DNA of 64,000 bases from assembly GCF_028641065.1 (NCBI RefSeq), contig NC_073399.1, forward strand, positions 18,972,001-19,036,000. Reading direction: 5' to 3'. Below, piece by piece: positions 1-24,300 of the stretch. Made by a program: the position numbers and the translations under genes. Under the pieces are notes generated by a model. The model was not told where the DNA came from. It did not search any database and saw only the letters and a program-made list of their open reading frames with translations. This DNA comes from Leucoraja erinacea (lineage: Eukaryota). Position 1 is the stretch's first letter; the number at the start of each line of letters is the position of its first letter.

Positions 1-1631
1 ATAGCGAATGGGTCATGTGTGGGCACGATCTACATTCTCCACATCATAATCAATACTAGCTGCAGAGAATAAATCCTTCAAGGCACCCAAAGGCATACAG
101 TACTTCAATTGAGCATCTCCGTAAAAAAATACTGGCATTTTAAAATGCGCCATTATTACTTCCATTAGTCCACGTGGAGCAACTAACATTAGGGGAACAT
201 CCAGAAAGAAGCAATAACACGGTTACAGATTATTCCAAGATAAAATTAGTCAACTGAAGAAGGACCAATCTCAAGGGATAGGGAGAGATCCGGACCAAAT
301 CGAATCAAAATCAAAGAAAAACTACAGGTTCTGAAAATCTAAAATAAAAAAGAACAGAAAATGTGAAAAAATAGCCAGCTGGTCAGGCTGGGCATGTTCT
401 CCACTCCCAGAGGCGAAGGGAAAACAGGCTGAGCTAATTCAGATGGATAATTCACTGTTGAATGATGGCAAGATGCAGCCATTCACTTGCACTAGTCCAA
501 CCTAGTGAACCGCAATGTTCACAATGTGGCCTCCTCTGTACTTAGGAAATCAAATGTAGATTGGGTGACTTTCATGTTCATTTGTGACAAGACCAGAATT
601 AGGCCATTCGGCCCATCGTCTGCTCCACCATTCAATCATGGCTGACCTATCTCTCCTTCCTAACCCCATTCACCTGCCTTCTTCTCCCCATAACCCATGA
701 CACCTGCACTAATCAAGAATATATCTCTCTCTGCCTTAAAAATATCCATTGACTTGGCCTCCAGAGCCGTCTGGAAACAAATTCCACAGATTTGCCATAG
801 TTACGCACAGTGCCTGAGTTTCCGCTTGCCTGCACCTCAATTCCCCACTCAATTCTGACCCATGATTTGCATTGTTACAAGGCCCCAATGCAAGCTTGAG
901 GCAGCACCCCGCCTTCTGCCTGGGAACATTAGAGCTTTATGCACTCAATATGGAATCATGCAACTTCTGCTGACTTGATTTCTACATGTATCAGCCGTCC
1001 ATCTCTAATATTTGCAGAGCTTATTTATTTTATTGTCTCTGGGATTGGAAGATGACTGTAGCCTGTCATGGCGGGCGTGTCGTTCTGCTCTGCATTTTAT
1101 ACTCTGACATTCTTTCATTGATGTTCTCACTCTCCAGCTGCTCCCTTTCACCCACTGATCAGATAACCCCCTTTACAGTTTATCTCCGGGGTTATCATCA
1201 TGGTTTCAACCAATCAGAGATATTCCCCTCCCCTGCAGTCTTTCTGGAGGGGATGTTTCAACCGCAGTTTAGGTGCATTCCCAAGAGGGAGAAGTGAAGC
1301 AAAATTGAAGTTTCCATGAAGAGAGACGGCAAAACAGAACACAAAGAAGAGCGGGGCTGGTTACAGAATGTTCAAAGGAGAAGTAAGAAAAGGAAATGAG
1401 AGTGTAGGAAAAAAAGGCTGGGAGGAACCATAAACGGGTTAATCCAAAAATATTCTACACGGGAAAAGTATGAGGGGAGAGGTGGGGCTAATCAGAGACT
1501 CCAAAGGAAACCTAGTCGTGGAGGCACGTTCTGCAGGATGCATTCAGACTCGAGTCAATTCAGGCTGGGTTGGCTTAGATCTTTATAAATATACTATTAA
1601 TACATATTTTTGCTGCTCTGTGTGTGCAACT

Positions 1632-1905
1632 GTTTAGTTTACAGATACAGCCCTTCGGCCCACTGAGTCCACACCGACCAGCGATCCCGGCACATTAACA
1701 CTATCCTACACACACTAGGGACAATTTACACTTATACCGAGCCAATTGACCTACATAGCTGTACGTCCTTGGAGTGTGGGAGGAAACCGAAGATCTCGGA
1801 GAAAACCCACGAAGGTCACGGGGAGGACGTACAAACTCCATACAGACAGCACCCGCAGTTAAGATCGAACCTGGGTTGCAGGCGCTGGAGGGCTACCGTG
1901 CCGCC
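1632..1905 (-). mobile_element. tRNA-derived SINE
   Basis: Reverse complement of the family seen at 42010 and 58046; tail taaactaaac. Confidence 0.85.
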
Positions 1906-2445
1906 CTCACCGTTTCTCAAACGTACTTCTGGCATTGTTACAATTACCCCAAGAAGAAAACTCAGTGTAAGGTGTAGGGTTAAGGCGTCTGTGTTCTCAA
2001 GCCTCGCTGAGAGAGATTCTCATTTTAAAGCAGGGATGGAGAGTAAAAAAAAAACTAGTTAGTAAATAGCAATTTCAAGAGGGTGATGTGATGTGATCCA
2101 AGGGGGAAAGAACCAGTTTCTCAGATTGGAGATGGGCTGAAGAATGCGAGTGTGGGAATAACTAACAATAATGTCACTGCACTGCACATTTTACACTCAA
2201 TGCCTCAGCACCACTGTTTCAGGTTGAGGATACTGTACTAAAACTTGCAAAAACTTCAGGTGTGAGACTTTAAAGCAGTTAGTGAGAAAGTTTACATTTA
2301 ACCAGGCAAATGTAAACATTTTCTTCTGGATAAGAAAATCAGGACAATAATATAGCGCTGTTAAGACCATGTGTATGGCAGGGCTTTCAATGATACAACA
2401 GGAGCAGCATCTGAAATTGCAGAGACTGGAGAGGCTACTAAAAAA

Positions 2446-2468
2446 CAAAGATCTTGTAGCGTTCTTTG
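2446..2468. mobile_element. 23-bp transposon-end footprint with 8-bp TSD
   Basis: CAAAGATCTTGTAGCGTTCTTTG flanked by CTAAAAAA on both sides. Confidence 0.7.
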
Positions 2469-5013
2469 CTAAAAAATGCTCGCAGATCACCTGTCCAAAG
2501 CTGTCCGCCAGTGGGCAGTAACAAGATACAGCACTATGTGGCTGATGCAGAATTGAATTCCTGAGCTTCAGGAAAAAGTAGGCCTGTGTGGAGAAAGTCG
2601 GAATGGAAATCATGCTTTGCCGTTATTGGAGAATTTCCTGTGGCCATTTCATGAAACTCAGGGGCACCTGAGGGAGATCTATATCCAATATTGAACGGGT
2701 AATTCCACGGCTCGAGAACTTCAACAACATGATAGGACACTTTCTCGATACTCCAATGCAAGCCAGTGCCAGATAATCTCACATAAACTACTTGTCCACC
2801 CCCTCTCCTCCATGAGATGTTCCCCTGGCCTAAATGTAATCAGCTCCAAATGTTGTTCAAGACAAGGAAGAAGATTATCCAGAGCTGTGCGGACATTAAG
2901 AAAAGCAAGCAATATGGGTGGTGATGAAGCTTCTTAGGACTAACTCACCTTGCTGATCGGGAGAATATGCATCAAGCACGGGTTACAGTTGATTATATGA
3001 AGCAGTATACATCACGTACGTCACTGTGGCAAAGGGTCTCTTCCCACTGACGTGGCTTGATCTGCTGAGTGTCGCCATCAGTTTGTTTTAATCTTAGATT
3101 TCCAGCTTCTGCATTCTTTTTTGATTTCTGCAGTATTTTGTCCCCCTGATGGGCACAGCTGGCTTTATGTCCCAGCAACACCAGCCAGGAGCATTTGTGT
3201 CTGGCTGGAAGGATGACTGACGACCAAAGCCCGCGTCTCAATAGCAGGAGTGAGATTATTATATCTACAGCAATGAACAGGTCAGATAATAATATAGCAC
3301 TCGTGCAGACCTCATTGCTCAATGCTGCTTTGCCAAAGCTATTAGGTTCTAAATCACATTACAGAGCCTCAACAAAAATGGGCAAAAGAGTTGAATTCTA
3401 GCCATGACATGAGAGTGATCCCTTTGATATCAAGACCGCTGATAAAGCTGGCGTCAAGGGAAAGAAAACTCTCCACTGACTGACCTTGCACATTGGATGA
3501 TTCTTGTGATTCAAGAAAGAAGCTTCTCAAGAATATTTAGTGAAGAGCAATAAAATAAACTGCTTAAAAGTAAAACAAAAAATGCGATAAGTACTTCTGT
3601 CTGACCTGTTAAGTGGCAATTTTTAATATCTGCAAAAACAAACCTCACTATTCATTTGTTACCCAAAACTGAGAATTCAATGTTCATATTGTTGGGTTGT
3701 GAGCTACCCAAGCGGGATATGAGGAGGTGTGAGTGGCCTAACTCTGTCAATGGTAAAGGCCCAGGATAGAAAGGTCGGTATGGGAATGGGAAGGGGAGTG
3801 GTTAGCAAACAGGAGATCCAGCAGGCCTTGGCGGACCAAGTGCAAGTGTTCGGTGAAATGGTCACCTAATCTACGCTTGGTCCTGCCGATATAAAGCTGT
3901 CACATCTGAGATTTCTGCCCCGCGTTTCCAAAGAAGTGCCCTTTGTATATATGCCAAAAGGTAAGGGATTAAAATACATCAGTTTATAAAAGCAATGCGT
4001 TTCAAACCCCTACATGAAGCATTTGCACAGTAAAAGCGTCATCAGGGCATTCTCCTGTGAAAGTAGGGTATCTGGGAGGACAGTCGTGTTGTGGGATCTC
4101 AGGAAAATGTTCCCTAAACTTCACCAAGATTCAACAGAAGTAATATTGTAGCAAATGATACCAATTAGTAAGTCTCCCCTCATTCTAAAGAGCACATTAC
4201 TGATCGAGGTTCACCACAATTAAATATTTCCTCACTGGCACAGTGGAAAATGACAAAGCCCACTCAGAAAACCAGTTCCTAGTGTTTCCAGTCAAAATGC
4301 AGTGAGCTGTGGAAGGCTATGTGATAATATCTTGCTCGATGGCATTAAAAGCCTTGCTAACTCTCAATGTCTAGGATCACTCGAAAATTATAGCTACATG
4401 GTTCATATAACCGAGAAAGTACGTGTGGCGTTACCCCAGTAAGAATCAATTCCCAAAACAAGGCATTACAAGGCTACTGAAGCATCAAGGAATAGTGCCA
4501 GTACTGTGTGAAGCCTTGCCCAATGCAAAACGAGGGGGTTCAATGGAAGAAAACCATTCAGCCCCCTGAACATTGTTGCCATTCAATTAGATCAGTGCTG
4601 ATCTGTATTTCCTTTAACTGCCTTGGTTCTGCCACCCTTAATGCGTTCAGTCGCTCCAGTGCTGCTTCTGCAAACCAGGCTTGGGAGAGAGCCAGGCACT
4701 GGCAAGGGGACTGCTATCGATATAGCGGGGGTGGCAGCCCATCCACAACTCTATAGTCAAGAGTTATGGCAGAGCGTAGACCCTGAGGCAGCACTCGTGG
4801 CTTGGGGCCAGGGGTGGGCAGTTTCAAGTTCTTTCCACCCATCGTCTATCAACTGCTGAGGGGATGACCACCGAGTAATGCGGAACATGACCTGTTTCTC
4901 TCTTGCTGCTTTACGGTAATACTTCAGGGCCAGGGATCAGATGAGGCTGGTTTGTGGATTAAGTTGATGTCTGGATGGTCTGATCAATGGCTGGTGAATC
5001 TTTCGATCTCTCC

Positions 5014-18620
<13,607 letters not shown>

Positions 18621-18689
18621 ACGTCCACTGCCCATCTCGCCCTTCACATGGTGGAGCTGGGGCTGGAACAGCTGCGGTCACAGTTAGGA

Positions 18690-19015
18690 TCATGAGGGAT
18701 AGGAGCAGTATTAGGCCATTCAGCCCATCAAGTATACACCACCATTCAATCATGGCCGATCTATCTCGTCCTCCTAACCCCATTCTCCTGCTTTCCTCCC
18801 ATAACCTCTGACACCCGTACTAATCAAGAATCTATCCCTGCCTTAAAAATATCCACTGGCTTGACCTCCGCAGCCTTTTGTGGCAAAGAATTCCACAGAT
18901 TCACCACCCTCTGACTAAAGAAATGCCTCCTCATCTCCTTTCTAAAATAACGTCCTTTAATTTTGAGGTTATGACCCCCTAGACTCTCCCATTCCACATC
19001 CACTCTATCCAAGCT
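18690..19015 (-). mobile_element. CR1 LINE 3' end
   Basis: FFSQRVVNLWNSLPQKAAE; related copies at about 590-800, 5120-5390, 10140-10430 and 47425-47550. Confidence 0.85.
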
Positions 19016-19034
19016 TAACTCTGACCATATGAAG

Positions 19035-19054
19035 CAAAGATCCTAGGATCTTTG
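19035..19054. mobile_element. 20-bp perfect palindrome with degenerate 8-bp TSD
   Basis: CAAAGATCCTAGGATCTTTG flanked by ATATGAAG / GTATGAAT (6/8 match). Confidence 0.65.
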
Positions 19055-19299
19055 GTATGAATAGCTGGGGTTATATTTAGCTCTGACAATGCCACAATCA
19101 GCATGAGGTTTGCAGTTAACCTCTAATTGACACTTCAATTTACGGAATACCGACTATTATTTATAACAGGATTATGATTGCTACACCCATGTGGACTGGA
19201 GAAACAACATTTCGTTTGAACCTCAAGGGGTTCAAATGACAAATACATTGTATTGTATTGTATATTTGTATTGTATTGTATTGATGCTCTGGTCGGCAT

Positions 19300-19640
19300 G
19301 TGTGTTACTTGATACACCCATGATCTAATTCATTAGTAGGTTACCTGAAACACGCATGATCTGATTGACGGGCGTGTTCGCTGAAACACCCATGCTCTGA
19401 TTGTTGAGCGTATTAGCTGAAACATCCATGATCTGACTGACGGGCACATTACTTGAAACACCCCATGATCTGATTGATAGGTGCCCATGACCTGAAACAT
19501 CGTGCTCTGATCAGCCTGTGTGTTACCTGAATTATTCATGATCTGATTGATGGGTGCTTTGACAGGGGCCTCTCTGAAACACCCATCTTCTGCTTTACAT
19601 GTGTTTTATCTGAAACACTCATGGTCTGATGACACGTGAC
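19300..19640. repeat. Degenerate 36-bp minisatellite, about 9 units
   Basis: Consensus ttacctgaaacacccatgatctgattgacgggcgtg; unit starts at 19305, 19341, 19377, 19413, 19449... Confidence 0.85.
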
Positions 19641-19825
19641 TTTACAGTTAGTCTCATACATACACTAAGAGCAAAATCGTGCTAGACAAACTAATGGGGC
19701 CAGAGGCTACTCCCTTGGGCACAATGGCCACTAGGATCTTTGTGCAAGTCGATGCATTGTGGACACACGTGTTGTAATGTACTAAAATTTCCTGGATTCT
19801 GAAAAGGTCTTGAAGAAACACAAAT

Positions 19826-20140
19826 GGCGGCACAGTGACGCAGCAGTAGATTTGCTACCTAACTGCAGCAGAAACCAAGGTTCAATCATGACCACATGTG
19901 CTCTCTGTGTGGAATGTGCATGTTATTGCCGTGACTGTGTGGGTTGTCTACAACAAAGATCCTATAAGATATTTGGTCTACAATGATCTAGTTCCACCCA
20001 CATTCTAAAGTCGTAGGTTAATTGGCTTCTGTAAAGTGCCCCTGGTGTGCAGTATAGAACTAGTGTATGGGCGATCATTGGTCGGCGCGGACGCAGTGGA
20101 TCGAAGGGCCTGTTTCCACGCTGTATCTCTAAAACTAAAA
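19826..20140 (+). mobile_element. tRNA-derived SINE interrupted by a footprint insertion
   Basis: A/B-box-like head ggcggcacagtg...ggttcaatc, family core and tail ctaaaactaaaac. Confidence 0.82.
19954..19975. mobile_element. 22-bp near-palindrome with 8-bp TSD, inserted in a SINE
   Basis: CAAAGATCCTATAAGATATTTG flanked by GTCTACAA on both sides. Confidence 0.75.
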
Positions 20141-20699
20141 CCAATGGCACTATTAAGAGGCTGCCCTAAAGCAGGAAACTTTAGGGCAATTATCCTAACA
20201 TATGAATTGGAAAAACGCAGCAATCTATTATTAAAGAGTCCATTCAAGAGTCAAGAGCGTTTATTGTCATACGTACTGAAACGGAACAACTACATTTTTA
20301 CATGCAGCAGCAACAGCACAGCAGTTTTGTAATCATATTATATACATATTTTCGCCCAAATCTCAGCAACATGTTATTTCTTCGCTGTCAGACATCTCTT
20401 TATTAGAACTTACCACCGCAGGTTTATCGCCGCTTGATCCACTTTGGAACAGTGACCACACTTCAAAAGCATCTTCTGGGAGTAGCAGTGACCTTGGCCT
20501 AAAATTGATCACTGAGTCCCGCTGTCAACAAGTTTCATCCCATTCCGGAACCCACCTCCTATATTGGCCATGCCCCAAGCCCAATCTCATCGCCCACTAG
20601 AAGACAGCGAAACACAGAGTGCTGGAGGAACTCAGTGGGTCAAGCAGATTCTGGGGAGAGAATGCATGGACGGCGTTTCGGGTCGGACGCCCATTGTTT

Positions 20700-21300
20700 C
20701 ATTTCAGCTCCGCCCAGAGGAGCAGGCTCCGCATTGTCACCTAGGAGACGACGCCCCGTCACCTTGGAGACGCGGTATTGCTTTGGACCAAAGATCTTAT
20801 AGCAAAGCTTTGCTATAAGATCTTTGCTTTGGACGATGCGCTAGGCCCCGCCTCGTCACCTAGGAAACGCGGTATTGCTCCGCCTCAGAAGCAGACTCGG
20901 CCCCGTCACCTTGGAGACGTGACTTACTCCACCCTCGGCCCCGTCACCTTGGAGACGTGACTTACTCCACCCTCGGCCCCGTCACCTTGGAGACGCGGCC
21001 TTGCACCGCCCCACCAAAGACTCCGCCCCGTCACCTAGGAGACGTGACTTACTCCATCCTCGGCCCCGTCACCTAGGAAACGCGGCCTTGCTCCGCCCCA
21101 GAAGCAGACTCCGTCACCTAGGAGACGTGGCCTTGCTCCACCCCCGTCCCAGGTCCCGCCCTTAAGACTAGGGAACCTCGCCATGCTTCTCCACCACTCC
21201 TCCTGGCGGTCTGAGTGACGGGGCGCCGCGCCGCACCGAGTAGACAGAAGTGCGCGAGGACCGGACTTGTGGAAAAGACGGTTTCCTTGGACCCTGGCCG
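20700..21300 (+). promoter_or_regulatory. CpG-island promoter of the RUN-PDZ-PTB gene, with nine X-box-like motifs and GC boxes
   Basis: GTCACCTWGGARAC at 20736, 20758, 20855, 20905, 20943, 20981, 21030, 21068 and 21113, interleaved with ctccgcccc-type GC boxes. Confidence 0.7.
20789..20826. mobile_element. 38-bp perfect palindrome with 8-bp TSD (P-like transposon footprint or mini-MITE)
   Basis: CAAAGATCTTATAGCAAAG/CTTTGCTATAAGATCTTTG flanked by CTTTGGAC on both sides. Confidence 0.8.
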
Positions 21301-21309
21301 TAGACGAAG

Positions 21310-21346
21310 ATGTCCAGAAAGGAACCGCTGCTAGGCGCCTTGAAGG
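21310..21346 (+). CDS. RUN-PDZ-PTB gene exon 1
   Basis: aagATG, MSRKEPLLGALK, donor G/GTGAGT, within a CpG island. Confidence 0.8.
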
Positions 21347-24300
21347 GTGAGTGCAGTCCCGAGTGAGGCGGAACGGCCTGATGATGGGGCGGAGGAGGGG
21401 AGGTCAGTAAAGGGGCGGGGCCGTGCCTGGGTTTGGGAAGGTGGGCAACTTGTCACTGGCCACCTCTCACTATCTTCGTAAAATAATTCCAAACTACTTT
21501 GAAACAATCAGAGTGGGGAACTTCATTAAAACTTATGTCAGGGTGGAGCAGAGCAGATACTGGGAAATATTTCATTATAATCTATGTTGAGAAAAAGTAT
21601 TTGAGCAAGACAGAATACGTTGAACGATCTTTCCTATTATTATTAATTTACTGACACGTCGACGTCCAATTTTATTAAGTAAATCAATTCGGCCAAGATG
21701 AATTGATTGCAGAGGTGGCATGGAAGAAGTATATTTTTTGGGGGAATTAGTATTTTGGGAATTGTATAATCACCACATGAAGAAATGTATCTGAAGCAGC
21801 TATAAATTTATGACTCATGTTTGAACAGCACTTTGGTGGAAAGACATTTGTGTTGCAATACAATGGCCTCTATAAATACCATCTTTACCTTGTATTATCC
21901 TATTGCCTCTGCATACTATTGTGCATTATTTTACAAATCTGTGACGGTGAGCATTCTTCTTTCTTTGGCTCCTTGATTTGCTTTCTTTTTACAGTCTTCC
22001 CATTTTCTGTGTGTGGTTCTCTATAACTTACTTATAGGTTACATATAAATTATCTATTTGCTATATCCTATCTCTCCACCTCCGAGAGTCCCTTTTCACT
22101 TCGTGGCCATCGTCTTAGAAATAAATAAGACCAGTATTCCGCGGCCAGTCCATGTGATGAAGAATGTTTATGGCACAGAAGGCCATTTAACCCATGTCTG
22201 CTGTTCAAAAAGGGTTAAATAATCCAATGCCAACTGGATCGGCAACCACATCAAATGGGTGGTACAATGGGTCAACTGTTAGAGTTGTTGCCTCAAAGTG
22301 TCAGAGAGCCCGATTTGATCCTGACCTTGGCTGCTATCTGTGTGGAGTTTGCATGTTCTTTCTCCCCATCACCATGCAGGTTTCCTCTAGGTGCTCCGAA
22401 TTCCTCCCACTTCCCAAAGACGTGTGAGTTTTGTAGGCTAATTGACCTCTGTAAATTGCCCCTAGTGGATGGGGAGTGTGAAAGTGGGATTGTTAATTCT
22501 GGCCAAATTTGAGATGCCAGGACACTAAAATTGAGTAATGGCTTCTGGGCTGCTAGACCATTTGGTCAATTTAAATGTGCCTTCTGCAGAATGGTGCCAG
22601 TTTGTCTAGAGCCTAGATAAGAGTTGCAGGAAGAGAATGGAACATCTGCAGATTCTGACAATTAGGTGTAAATTGCATGGAAAGAATTGGGTGAATGCAA
22701 ACCAGACATACACATTGTAAATATTGTTGCAAAGCTTTACTTTGCTAGATGTTGATTGGGTTAAGTGCTGAGCCTTGTCTGGGTTTCTTGAATATCCAGA
22801 CATTTGTGTTGCATAATTCATCTCTAAACTTTCATCTAGAAACTTTGTCAGATACATTGTATTAGTCACTGTATTATTGGGTTTGGGGAATGTCTATCAT
22901 GTACTGGGTTAATCGATATCTGTTATTGGACTGTATACAGACCACCCCCATATGGTTCGGCCCCTCAAGGTTCGGGGACCTATAAAAGGCCGCTCCCACG
23001 AGGTCCTGTGTCGATCTTCTGGGACTGCATGACCTTCTGGAGTGTCTCTTCTTGCAAGAGGCTAGGAGGGCTTGGCCAGGCAGATACAAGGATCAAACCC
23101 GCGGTGGTTTGGTATAGTAGTGGGAACCGTTATTGTGTTTTTCCAAAAAATAAAGTTTAGATGCGCAAGTGCTTGACTCAGTATTTTATTGACTGAAACT
23201 AGACTGGGGAAGCTTAGAATGAGCTATTTACAGGATAACATAGAAGAGTGTTTTTAAGTCCCTCTTTAAACTATTTCTATAATAAATGTAATATTATATT
23301 TCTAAGTGCCTATCAATGCCTTTAGCTTAACTGCCCTGGTCACCACACTCCATGCATTTTACTGATTTCACATTAAATCCTAAATACTGGTCAAAGACCA
23401 GGAGTTTCCTGAACCATCTTCTTGTCCATTTGCTCTACTGGACAGAATCCCTCTATGCATGCACTCTTGAATCATAAGTAACCATCTCATGAAAGGTACA
23501 CTCTATGAAACTATTCGCTTCAGGATCAGCTGCTGCTCGGGCACAAACCCAGAGCTTGACTTGCCCCAGCCGATGTCACTTCATTCTGATTTGATTTAAT
23601 CACTAAACAAAATGATGAACAACATAATTAATAATTTAAATAGAAAGTTGCACCATTGCACTTGCCTCACTGAAGTCCCTTGCTCTCCATACACTGCACC
23701 TTGATTGTTCAGATCTATTGTTGGTGCCCAGTGTTAAATCCAAAACAAACACATTAGGTTTGACTCGGATCAGGATAACAGAGTCCATAGGTTTTGTTGG
23801 CTTATTGAAGTCTTCAAAATGATAAAGGAATTTGATAAAGGATATGCAGGAAACGATTTCCTCTCACAGAGAGGAAATAATCGTGTTATGCTATCAATTG
23901 ATGAAAAATAGGCAATATCCATGTCTGACACAATTCTTCTTGGACAGTAGGATATAGTAATGAGGGATAGCAGGAATAATGAAGTGGAGGAAAAGAGTAG
24001 CCATGATATTATATGGCAGATCAGTCTAGCGGACTGATTGGCCTCCTACTACTACCATACGGAAAATTTATTTTTATGAAATAACCAATCACTGTTTTAT
24101 TCAAGTAATTGCTTCAAATTGGGAGATAAAAGAAAGTAGATAAAATTAAGAGTTCTGAATTTAAAAACTAGACTGTCTAGTTAAAAAGGGTGTGGTTGCT
24201 GTAGACCATTGATGAGCAGTGAATGCAACTTGCATTCTTCATCATGTCACTGATGTCTTTGTTGCCTCCATGGTGAGGTTTTGATTGTTGTGGTTCTGCT

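Noticed and set aside
1-5000. Exons of a further gene (e.g. ITGB4, the human neighbour of GALK1) or a defined GALK1 poly(A) site
   Set aside because: No recognisable coding exon or clear poly(A) signal found; mostly decayed repeats and unassigned sequence
20736-21126. CRISPR-like repeat-spacer appearance
   Set aside because: Vertebrate DNA, 14-bp repeat, spacers are related to each other, no cas genes; better explained as a promoter minisatellite
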